Source of the DNA: Lama guanicoe
Lineage: Eukaryota
DNA: 64,000 nt
Assembly (NCBI GenBank): GCA_013239625.1
Contig: MU053881.1
Span: 4,981,957-5,045,956, forward strand
Direction: 5' to 3'
Part shown: in pieces, positions 23,069-34,237 of the stretch
How positions within the stretch are numbered: position 1 is the stretch's first letter
How the letters are laid out: each line of letters starts with the position of its first letter
The notes under the pieces: model-generated
Databases searched by the model: none
What the model saw: only the letters and a program-made list of their open reading frames with translations
What the model was told of the DNA's origin: nothing
Position numbers and translations under genes: made by a program

Positions 23069-25558
23069 CTGGGGTGGGAGGAGAGAGAGCAGGGGAGGGG
23101 GATGTGAGACTCGGACACACAAACCGTGTCTCATGGGTGGTCCCCAGCAATGCACAAGCACAGGCTCTTCTTCTCTCTCTCCCCTCCAAGAGCCGAGCTC
23201 CATGGACCCCTCCTCTCACACCTCCCACCCCCACCCCCTGAGGCTCTGCCATAGCACCTGGGTGGCCACTAAGCTGGGGGCGTTTGGGACCCTATTGGCT
23301 GCTTGGAAATTGACAGGATGACCCTGGAGGCAGCACCAGAATCAATATATGAAACTGAGTCCAGAGATGTCAAGGGACAAGCATGACCTGGGCTGAGTCT
23401 GAGTAAAGGCTTAGTAGCCCCTTCAACTCCTGGGGCATGCAGAGTGCATCCGTTTACCCGGTGATAGTTCACTGAGCAGCTCTCCCGTGTGCTGGCCCCA
23501 TGCTGGCTGCGGGGGACCCTGAGGGGAGCATGCCCCGCTCCATCCCCAGAGGGGCTCACAGTCAGGAGCAGAGGCAGCATCGTCCGTGCCCTGACTGAGG
23601 GATACGGAGCACTGACGGGGCTGTGAACGAACAGCCACAGCTCCCCCGGGGCGTCTGGAGGATGAGACAGTCTAACGCCACACATGACGTCCTGAGGAGG
23701 GTTTGTGCGAGAGAGAGGGGGGTGGGGAGTGAATTTCTACAAAGCAGGAACACAGAACTGGGAAGTCAGAGGGCGCAGCCGGGACTCCAAGGATGCCAAG
23801 GGGCTGAATTAACAGTGTGTCTGTCCACTGCAGAACGCTGGAAACCTCGGGGCTACTCTCACTACAGCACCTGGAGACCAAACTAATGCCCCAACCCCAA
23901 ACACTAAGACCTAAGCCCTGTGGCTTCTCTGGGGACAACCCTGAGACGTGCCCTCTGCTGGGGAGCCGGCAGCCCTGGATGGGCACAGCCGCCCTCACTC
24001 AAGAGGGCTGAGCAAGCTGTTCTGGCCACTGGGCCTTCGCCAAAGCCTCAGGGGAAGGAGACTTGGGCAAAACAAGATCAGTTTTCTCCAGGGAGAGCTG
24101 ATGGGGCAGGGTGACTGTCTGGGTCACAGCCCAGTGCTGACGGACGGAGGAAAACAAAAAACAAACAAACAAAAAATAGCAGCAGTAGGTCCCATTTATC
24201 CAAAGCCTTCTTCGTGGGCTAGCTAGTTTTAAAAGCACTGCCTCATTGGACGGCGATCTTATGAGGCGGGCACCATCCCTGTTTTATAAAGTGAGTAAAT
24301 TAAGGCACAGAGCAGTTATGTGACTTGTCCCAGGTCCCAGAGCCGGTGAGTGACTGCGCTGGCTTTGAGCTGGAAGTTTGCTCCCCAGCCCTCGCTCTTT
24401 CTGCTCAGTCTGCCTCCGCCTTCTCCCATCTGTCAGATGCTGTCAGCACTTGAGGGTCCCAGTGAGATGCCCTCCGAGAAACAGGACGTCTGCTCCAGCT
24501 ACACCAGAGCATCAGAGCAGGTGGATCAGAGAAGGGGGACCCCAAGTCCCCCGAGAGAGAGTAGCTCCCAGCCCGGCAGACTCAGAGGCCTCTCTTTCAG
24601 ACTGAGTAGGTAATGTGATCAAGAGGCCAGATTCTGGAGCCGGAGGAGAAGCTGGTTCTAAGACCCACTCAGCCACTTTATAGCTCCAGGACCACCTCTC
24701 AGCACCTCAGTAGCCAAATCTGTACAATGGGGACAATAATAGTCCCAATGTCAGAGCTGTCATGATGACCGAAAAAGATGTTGGAGGCAGAGCGCGTAGC
24801 ACAATGTCCAGCTCGCGGAAAGCACCCCATAAGTGGTAACTGCTACTCTTACTGTGATTATTATTAGAGCCAAACAATATATCATTTATAAGGGGTTTGC
24901 ACAGTCTTGGAACAGAAGGGAAAGGAGACTCCTGATAGGAAGGGGTCAATCTGGGGGTGGGGGGCTCAAGCAACCGGCTTCAAGCATTCATGTCCCACGG
25001 GCAGGGTCATCTCGGGGAAGCTGAGGCTGTTTCGGTTTGAAACTGTCTGTCACCCTGTTCTGCTGGTTCTGACTGTGCTCTGCTCTCCACCAAGACCTGC
25101 CTGCTTCTCCATGACTCTGAGTGTTGGGGTCCTGGGACATACCTGCTAACCAACGGCCATCTGGTGTGATTCAAGGGCCTCATGATTTTGGATAAAGCTT
25201 GTGCCCCAAGAGCCAGAGCATTTGTTCTGTGCTAACCAATCAGGGTCCTGTATCTTAAGGACCGGGGCCAGATGAAGGGCTGTGGGGATGTCCACAGCCC
25301 CTGGACCTTTGGGGCAGGCCACCTGCCTGCTCTTTCTCAAACAGACCACACACTATCTCCCGGTGAGATTTCTTTCCCTTGACTCTGAGGCTGGCCTCCC
25401 ATCTTTACCCAGGGACAGAGCCAGGCCAGAGCACCCCATCCCAGGAAAAGCCCGGTGTAGGGAAACAGAGGAAAGCATGCCCAGACACGTGTCACCTCCG
25501 CTCTCAGCCAGCAGAGGGCGCAATTGCACGCAGCTGGGCGCAGCTGCCGCCAGGGTAC

Positions 25559-25659
25559 CTTGTTGGCCACCGTGTACTGGTAGGAGTACCGCTGCTTGCC
25601 ACTCTTGTCCTCGTAAACCGTGGGCACGATCTTCAAGATGTAGTCGTGGGAGGCGAGGG
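25559..25659 (-). CDS. ERGIC1: ERGIC1 coding exon 8 (101 nt): (P)LASHDYILKIVPTVYEDKSGKQRYSYQYTVANK
   Basis: Acceptor ctgcag|CCCTC and donor AAG|gtaccc; peptide seen in ORF 25337..25636. Confidence 0.96.
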
Positions 25660-25922
25660 CTGCAGGAAGGACAGAGCAGCATGAAGCAGGGGGATGGGCA
25701 CTGCCCAGCAGGCAGCTCTTTCTAGGTCATTCCAACCCTAAGCCTGCTTGGCATGGAGAGGATTCAGCCTCCACAGTTTCACCACCAAACGACACTTCCT
25801 CATTTTCTCCCTCTGGACACCAGGAATTGATGGACACCTCCACCCATCAGGGTCTTTACTCCTGCACTGCATACAATAATAAATTCTAGAAACAACCCAA
25901 AGTTCCCTCAATAGGGCTGTTA

Positions 25923-26013
25923 GGGGGAGGGAGGGTTTGGCTCAGTGGTAGAGCACATGCTTAGCAAGCATGAGGCCCCAGGTTCAATCTCCAGTACCTC
26001 CATTAGAAATAAA
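25923..26013 (+). mobile_element. tRNA-derived SINE, short form
   Basis: ggagggtttggctcagtggtagagcacatgcttagc...ggttcaatctccagtacctccatta. Confidence 0.85.
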
Positions 26014-27185
26014 GAACAGGGAAACTGTTGAAGAGAGGGTGCTGGGAGAGGCCAGTCTCCAAGAGGTAACTTGAAGTGTAAAGAACTAAGTCACAGACAA
26101 GGGGAAATCACGTGTTTCCATGTACTGGGGGCAGGGAAGACCCATTCTTCTCTCTATAGGCATGAATACACAGAAGAATTTTCTGGAAAGATGCCCAAGA
26201 AACAATTAGCAATTGTAGTCTCTGGGGAGGAAGGCAGGATTTGAAAAAGATCACATGTCACTGTGCACCCTCTGATCCTGTTTGAATATTGCTACTTTTG
26301 AAACAAACTGGGTTTACATTTTTAAAAAGAGCCCACCGACCAGAAAAACTGCATCTGTAAAGAACTGATTCATTTTTTTCCCCCGTTTTCAATTAATGGG
26401 AGACCAGTTCTCGCTCTACTCAGTCCTGACATCTTCCACTGAAACTCTTACCCCCTCCTCGCTGGATGGGGGAGGCGGCGGTGGTCAGGGACCGAGGCTT
26501 ACTCATCTCCGTGTCCCCAGAACCCTATGCAGAGCTTGGTACAGAGTGGACAGTGGCAAATGCTTATTGAATGAAAGAACGGATGGAGGGATGACTGGTC
26601 AGAGGCATGAATGGAAGAACAGATGACTCAGCTTCTGATAAGCATGAGGTAACCGGAATCAAACGCTCAGCTGATAGATCGCTGGCCCAGAGCTGCCGAT
26701 ACCACCCGGGAAAGGTGTATTCCCTCGGGCCTTCTGGGATGCTAGGGAGAGCTCAAGGGCCCGTCTGTTCCTGCCTTCTAGAATCTGGGGTCAGGGACCA
26801 TGCAGCTAGAACACAGAAATCTAGGCTTCTGGGCTCTACTCCTGGTCTTCTGGCTGAGTCACTCCTGAGTCCTTGAACTCATCTTCTGTAAGAGGGCAGG
26901 GGACGCAGATGGCGCCCCCTGCCTCTTCCTGCCAGTACCGCATCTTAGTAAGGAAAGGACAGTGCTTTCTGAACTGCCTTGAGATCCGACTCCTCTAAAA
27001 ACTTCGGAAAAGCCCTGCAGCCTCAGGGCTAAGCCCATGAGGACCCCAACCTCCCGCTGCTCAACCCCGCCAACGCTCAGCTATCAGGAGCACTGAGGCC
27101 ACCAGGATTTAAAAGGTAGACACCTGGGCCTCACCACTGAAGCTTCTGCTCACTGGGTCTGGCGTGGGGGTCAGAATCTGCCTTT

Positions 27186-27338
27186 TTTTTTTTTTAATTT
27201 AAAAAAACTTTTTAGACTTTTTTTTTCTTGAAGGGGGAGGTAATTAGGTTTATTTATCTAATGGAGGTACTCGGGATAGAACCCAGGACCTCGTGCATGC
27301 TAAGCACGTGCTCTGTGACTGAGCTATACCCTCCCCCC
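27186..27338 (-). mobile_element. tRNA-derived SINE, long form, inserted in a MER5-like element
   Basis: Reverse complement of the same consensus. TSD agaatctgc(c/a)tttt at 27173 and 27342. Confidence 0.88.
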
Positions 27339-29344
27339 ACAAGAATCTGCATTTTAAACCAGAAGCCCAAATGCCCATCACCCCTCATTAAAAACTTGGA
27401 GGAACAAGAGAGTGATGCCTTATGAACATCACACCTGTAATGGTTCTGTTACAACTTTCGCGATACACAGGTGATCGTAAAGAAAAAAAAAAATCACCCA
27501 TAAATCCACCCTTCACAGAAAACCGTAGGTTCACATCCTCATGTACAAACTACCAGATTTCTATTTATACGTATATTTATGTTTCCCTAAAATTGGATCA
27601 TACTGAACCTTCTTCTGAGCACTGAACACCCTAGGCAGTGTTTCAGGTCTGAGACACAGTGTAAGCTCTACCTCACTGGTTTTATCCACCATCGTATCCC
27701 CTCCCACAGTGCCGGGCACACAGTAGGTGCTCAGTAACTGTTTGCTGCCTGAACACTATCGAGGTTCTGACACAGGCCCGTCGGCAGCCGCACACGACCC
27801 ACAGCGTGGCCACGTACAATGTGCGTAACCAGGCTCCGGGGCTAGACACTGACACTGTGGCTCATTTTCACTCCTGTAAACAAGGACCTAATGACTATTA
27901 TCTCCCTAAATCCATGCACATTCTCTTAATCGTTCCCTGAGCTCACTCTCCTATGAGTAGAATTGATGACTCAAAGGCAGTGACCATTTTTAAGGCCTTT
28001 GGTACAATTTGCCAAACGCCACTGGAAACACGGCACCTAATGACACCCACGTGGGTTCCCGGGCAGAGGACCCTTCCTTGGGGCTGCTGGCTCCAACCTG
28101 ATCCAGGCGGGCCCACGTGCCCCTCCCGCTCTCTCCCTCCCTCCAAACATCTTACTATGGAAAAATTCAAACATATACGGGGGACCGTACGAGGAACATG
28201 CAGGTACCCATTCTCCAGCCTCAGCAATCAACAACACATGTCCAATTTTGCTTCCTCTGTGCCCTACTGCTCCTCCTCCTTCATTTTATTTTGAAGCAAA
28301 TCCCAGACATCACATCAATTCATCCACAGATATTTTCATTATGTCTCAAGAAAAGACTCTTAAAAAACCCCACCACCACCACCTTAATGCCATCATCACA
28401 GCTAAAATATCAACAGTCACAGTATCTTCAAACAGAGTGGTCTGCACAAGGAAGAAAAACAGGTCTGCTGCTGGGCATGGGGGTGACTGTAGATAAGGTG
28501 GTCAGGAAGGGCCTCTCTGAGGCGGTGGCATTTGAGCTGAGACCTGAATGACAAGAAGCAGCCCCCGTGGGAGACCTGGGAGCAGAGGGGCCTGCAGAGG
28601 CAAGGCGCCCAGTGTGGGCGACCGGGCTGCAGGGCTGAGGAGATGAGAGGCCGCCCTACCCTGGCTGTCTGCTGCCTGATCTAACGCAGCTCTCTTTCCA
28701 CGGATGCGGCCTGAGATGGCTTTGTTCGGGAGCCCAGGAGCAGGCAAGGCTTTCTGCCCACATCCTCCATCGGCTTGCACACTCTGAGGTCTTCCAAGCT
28801 TGAGCCTCTTCCAACAGCAGGCAGCCAGGGGCCCGTGCGAGGTGCAGGCAGGTGGACGGCCCCCCTTGGGACCACACGCTGCCCGCACACAACCACGATG
28901 ACTACCCCCCCATATGAAGAATCGACTCCTTCCCTTAGCATCAGACACCTGTGTGAAAGCCAGGAGCGACTGTCACACACTCAGGCGCCGCTGGAGGCAG
29001 CGTGAAAGGGCACGGACCCAGCTGGGAGGCAACACGGTAACGTACAGTAAATTCCATCAGTCTCGGGGGCATCACTGTACTGGTGAAAACCAGGAACAGA
29101 CACTTTCCATGAAAAGACAGAGTGCCTTAATAAAGCACCGCAGAGCTGCTAGGTGAGCAACCGTGCCTCTGTCACCAGAGGAAAAACTGTACCCAAACTG
29201 TGGTTTTGTAATAACACCATGTACCAAAGTCAGAAGGTCGGCTGCTATCTGTGTTCAGAAAAGCCAACTTCCGCTCACGGACAAGGATCCCCAGCGACAC
29301 AGGGAAATGGAAAGCTTGAGTGGCTGGGGCGGGGACAGGTCATG

Positions 29345-29670
29345 GAGGTTCAGCTCCTTTTATTGTTTTGCTTTATTGCTCTTTGCAGATACTGATTTTT
29401 TTTTTTTTTAGCAAATTGAAGTTTGTGGCAACTTGTCAGATAATGGTTAGCATTTTTTTTTTTAGCAACAAAGGATTTTTAACATTAAGGTATTTCCACT
29501 GTTTTAAAAGACATAATGCTACTGCACACTTAACAGACTGCAGCATAGTGTAAACATAACTTTTCCATGCACTCGGAAATCAAAAAATTTGTGTGACTCG
29601 CTTTAATTGCAATATTTGCTTCATTGAGGTGGTCCGGAACCGGATCTGCAATATCTCTAAGGTCTGCTTA
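29345..29670 (+). mobile_element. Internally deleted Tigger1 derivative (MITE, Tigger1a_Art-like)
   Basis: Tigger1 left end (ctttattgctctttgcagatactg...aaattgaagtttgtggcaac) joined directly to the right end (tcagataatggttagc...gtgtgactcgcttt...caatatctctaaggtctgc). Confidence 0.8.
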
Positions 29671-30382
29671 GAAATGTATTTTAAGAAGTGATTAAAGACA
29701 TATGGGGGCAAGGTGAGCTCTGGTGAGAAAAGAAGAAAAGTCTTGGTAACCGTCCTGCAGGATCCAGAGGGCGGATCCACTTGAGCAGACAGACCTCCCA
29801 GGCCCGTTCCGCTCAAGGCCTCACGCGTGTGTGCATGTGTGTCTAGGGATGCACGCTCTTCTGCTGGTGTGTAAAGACGTGGCACTCTCTTTAATCTGGG
29901 CCGAGGTGCCAGGGAGCCCAGGAAAGAGATGGTTCAGGGAGGGGCCATTTGTGGGTGGGAGGGGTCCACGCAGGAGGGGGGCGGGGTGGAGGCCGCCCAG
30001 GTGGCCAGACCTGACTGAGCCACCCACAGCCCTGTTCTCCTGGGTGCCACCTGGAGCCAGGATGAATTCTGGCTGTGTCATCACTCCCTGTGGGATCTAG
30101 GGTGATTATCTCAACCAAGAACCACTATGTGGCAGTGATGATAATAATAATACTGTAACAGCCGATATTCATGGGGCGCCCCACAACTCCCCCCCCAGGT
30201 CATTTTCCTTCCCTTCTCTGTAAGATACGGATCTTTCCACTGGTTCTCAGGCCAGCAGCGGGAAGGAAGCGTGAACAGCTTGGCTCACAGCAAGGCTCCC
30301 TCCGTTCTCCCGCACTTCCTCTCTGCGGCCCTGGGAACCCCGGGCCAGAAAGCTGTTCCCAGTGCAGGCATGAGATACATAC

Positions 30383-30443
30383 GGTTGGAGGTGAGTCTGT
30401 CTGCTCCCCCGAGAGCGTTGAAGGCTCCGTGGACGTTCTGGAC
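30383..30443 (-). CDS. ERGIC1: ERGIC1 coding exon 7 (61 nt): VQNVHGAFNALGGADRLTSN
   Basis: Acceptor ccacag|GTCCAG and donor AACC|gtatgt; peptide seen in ORF 30285..30632. Confidence 0.96.
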
Positions 30444-32199
30444 CTGTGGAGAAGCACAGAGAGGGACTGACCCCAGGATGCTGCCACCTCTAGGCCTGGC
30501 CTTGGCTGTGGGGGAATGACCAGATGTCACCTGGTCCCGGGACCTTGTCCATGTGTAAAATGGAGATCCAGTGCGGTCTGTCTCTAGAGAAGTTGTGGGG
30601 AGCAAGACACAGACACAGCAGAGGCCTGGCACCCAGGAGGCACTAGCTTGCTTACCATCTTGAGCACTTACAACTATGAGGCATTCGGGCCTGTGTACCT
30701 AGTGCCATCTCATTAAATGCCCCAATGAGCTACCATGGGCCCATTTTACAGAAGAGCAAGTCAAGGTTTGGAGAAGCACCAAACCACTGATAAGTGGCTG
30801 AACTGAATTCTGAACTCAGGTCTATCTGACCTCAAGCCTGGGCTCTTTCCATCAGACCATGCAGAAAACTCAAGTAAAGCTGCGCTGGGTCCCAGTATGC
30901 TCCTCCTGAGACCACACAGCCCTCTGAAAGAGGACCCGGGCTGCTGGCCTCCCACCTCGTCTGCTGTGGGGAATGTATAGCAGCTGTGAAGAGACTTCTC
31001 CTCTCGGCAGCCGGCCCCGTTGTGTTGCCCTGGCAGCGGCTGCTGTAAAGTGTGGCTGAAGGGCACATACATCCCACTTCTCTGAGGACAACGGGAAACC
31101 AGGTCAGCCTCAAGGAGAATCTAAGGCAGGACAAAGCATGCCCAGTACACAGGGCATGTCACCATGGATATGACTAATGGGGGCTGCTGAGCTGGATATC
31201 CTGGAGGGCTTCCTGGAGGAAGTGACACGGACACCACGATCTGTAGGAAAGTGGAAAGTTAATCAGACAAGCAGCACATGCAAACGGGAGTCTGGAGACT
31301 GAGAAACAGACAGAGCCCATATGGCCCTAGAGAGGAAGAGGGTAAGGAGTGGAAGGAAAGAGGTCAGAGAGGTAGGAGGGGACAGGCTCCTACAGGGAGG
31401 GCCACTCCAGGAACAGTGGGGAACCTGACGCCTGATCCTGGTTTCAGACGCCTGACGGCTGACGTTTACTGAGCACTTAACAGAGCTGCGCACTCAACAA
31501 GCCCAAAGGGAAGTCTGTTCATTGCAGCCTAGGGATCGACCATCTAAAGACTTTGTCTCTCACCCAAGAGGACGGTGCTTGTGGAGACAAGAGTGCAAGA
31601 GACAAACGTGCATCAGCGTTTTATCTCACATTATTTGATTACTTTCTGTCTGCTCCTCTGGACTATATACTCCACGTGGGCAGGGACCACACTCGTCCTC
31701 ACAGATGTGTGCAAGAACTGGCACATAGCAGATACTCAGTAAATACTTGCTGAATGGATGGATGGGTTACCGATGGGTAGTTGGACCCTCGGCTAAGTGT
31801 GCTACACTTTTGAAAAATCCTATTTCCACCATAAGGACCAAGCAGAAGGCTGTTACTGTCCTCCTGCTCTGCAGGGGCAGACAGCAGTGCAAGGCTGCCC
31901 CCATCTCCTCTCCTCCCCCTGCCCTGCCTCAGTTAGGCCCCATCCCCTGGCCTTGGTTACAGCCCTTCCCTCACCTCCCTACCTGCAGCCTTGCCTCATG
32001 GCCCATCTTCCCCACAGCAGGTGGGTGCTCTTTCTATGGGCTTCAGCCTGCCTGGGATGTGTCAGCTCCTGCCTCAGTGGGTGGGGACCACCCCACATCT
32101 GTCTCCCCATGGCTGTATGAGCCCCTGAGGGCCAGCAACATCTTATCCTGCAGGGCCTGGTGCAGAGTGAGGGCACGGGTGACAATGCTCATAGGACAT

Positions 32200-32400
32200 T
32201 TCACTGACCGCTTACTCTGTGCCAGGCAATTCTAAGAGCTTCACGTGCCATCCCTTTAGCTCATTTTATCTTCACTACAGTTCTATGAGGCAGGTACAAT
32301 CATTGTCCCCATTTTACAGATGAGATAACTGAGGCTTAGTAAGAATAATTTGCCCAAGGTCTCACAACTGGTTAGTGGTGGAGCCAGTATGTGAACCCAG
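32200..32400. mobile_element. MIR SINE, representative of dozens of MIR fragments across the window
   Basis: MIR core cccattttacagatgagataactgaggcttag...tttgcccaaggtctcacaactggttagtgg. Similar cores occur near 4600, 5950, 6800, 10850, 17590, 18900, 38200, 52050, 57050 and 60150. Confidence 0.8.
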
Positions 32401-32999
32401 AAAAGCAAGTGGGGAACTGCCACACAGTAGTCCTCTGGATGGAGCGGTGGTGTGAATCCTGCGTGAATCCGCCTGCAGGGAGTGAGCCCACGGTCCCAGG
32501 GTGGGACGTGCTTCACGGAGTGTGTGGGCAGCAAGTCCGGCCCAGGGAGCCCAGGCCCTCTCTGTTTCTATGCCCTGTCCCCAAGAGGAAAACCTCTGGG
32601 GCCTCCAAAGGGACTGGGAAGGCAATGACAGTGCCACTCCTGCTGGGCACAAGGTGCCCTGGCAAAGTGGCGGGAGAAACATGGAGGGACAGAAGCGTGA
32701 GAGCGCACATGTGCTTGAGGGACAGCTCACCGGAGGCGGGACCCGCCGTGCAGTCCGCAGCCAGACTCTGGATTCAGACCCAGGCTCTGTAACAGGCTGC
32801 ACCCTCCCTGTGCCTCAGTTTCCTCATCTGAAAAATGGGGACAATATAGTATCTACCTCTGGGGCTGCTGACAGAGTGAAAGAGGATCGTGCTTGTGAAG
32901 TAAGCTGCTCGGCGCACACAAAGCATTCAGCCAGCAACAGGCATTCTTGCGGCAGGTGGATGCACGTGGCAGGTTCACGTAAGAGGGGCAGTGGGAGCA

Positions 33000-33370
33000 G
33001 GAGTGAGTGTGTGTGGGTCTGTGTGTGATGTTCCCACCCGGGTGAGTCTGTGCGTATCTCTGGGTGAGGTGTGTTTGCAGGGATGACTGTGCTGGGCAGG
33101 GGGCTGGGGATGCTTACGAGAACGCTGTACACCTGGGTGTGTGCGCTGTGTTTGTGCGAGGTCTGAGTGGGTGTGAGTGTGTGCACATGCGGCGTGTGTG
33201 CTCAGCGTGTGGTCTCGGTGTACGTACGAGCATGCATATGCCAGGGTACACCTTTCAGTGCGTGTCTGATGAGTGTGTGCGTGAGTCTGAGCAGACGTGT
33301 GCACACGGGTGTTAGAACAGTGTGTGTGCGTGTGCTCATGGGCCTGTGTGTGCCCCGTGTGCACATCACA
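33000..33370. repeat. Degenerate (TG)n-rich low-complexity tract
   Basis: About 370 nt of interrupted gtgtgt runs. Confidence 0.8.
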
Positions 33371-34132
33371 GTGCCTGGAGGGCACCCACCTAGCAACCTC
33401 AATCAGGAAGCAGGGTTCTCATCAAGCAAGGCTTGGGGTCAGGAGCTGGGGTCGCAGAGCCAGCGCTGTGGCTGGAGCGGTTTCTTCTGCTTCTGAGCCT
33501 TGAGTCCCTCTTTGTCACACAGGGTGCAACAATTCTCCTGCGGCCCTGCGGTGCTGAGGGTAGAGACAGGGAGAGTCCCAGCTCCCCTGCCTGCAGCCGG
33601 CAGAGAACAGGGCTCAGTATCTGCAGGAGGAGGAGACTGCGGGCGGTGGCTTCTCCATCAAAATCGCAAGGACTCTCAGAATACTTCATTCACGCCTATG
33701 TGATGGACGTGGGCACTGACAGTGTGGTGGCCAGTGTGCTGGACTCGGGGGTCAGACACACATGCTGGGGGACCCTGGACAAATGGCTTCTCTGGACCCA
33801 GCTCCAGGTCTGTAAAATGCGGTGTCCCCTCCTGCCTCATCAGGCTGCCCTGGCAGACAGAAAGCACTAACGCTTAGTACTTGCTCATGAAGGTGAGTCC
33901 TTTTCCCCAGGCCCTGGTCTCACGCTGAGGTTCTGCATTCAGTGCAGCATTGATAACACGGCAGCCGCGTGCTCAGAAATAATACAAGGGGCTGTTTGAT
34001 GGAGCAGAGGCTCGAAGAGGGGGGACCCCCTTGGAGGGCATCTCTCTGCGCCCAGGGAGGGCAGAAGCCTCCGGTGATGCGGCCCCTGGATGCCCACCCC
34101 CAGCTGCGCCACCTTGAGTGTGCCCCGCTCAC

Positions 34133-34237
34133 CTGTAGCGTGTCCCCAAAGGAGAGTTTATGGATGATGTGGGTCATGTCCGGGTTCTGTGGCTGTGCTG
34201 TGGCACTGTGTGTGGACACGTGGAAGTTGCCCGGGAC
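34133..34237 (-). CDS. ERGIC1: ERGIC1 coding exon 6 (105 nt): VPGNFHVSTHSATAQPQNPDMTHIIHKLSFGDTLQ
   Basis: Acceptor ccctag|GTCCCG and donor CAG|gtgagc; peptide seen in ORF 33920..34219. Confidence 0.96.

Noticed and set aside
32975..33385. His/Thr-rich and Cys/Val-rich ORFs
   Set aside because: They are translation artefacts of the TG/CA low-complexity tract.
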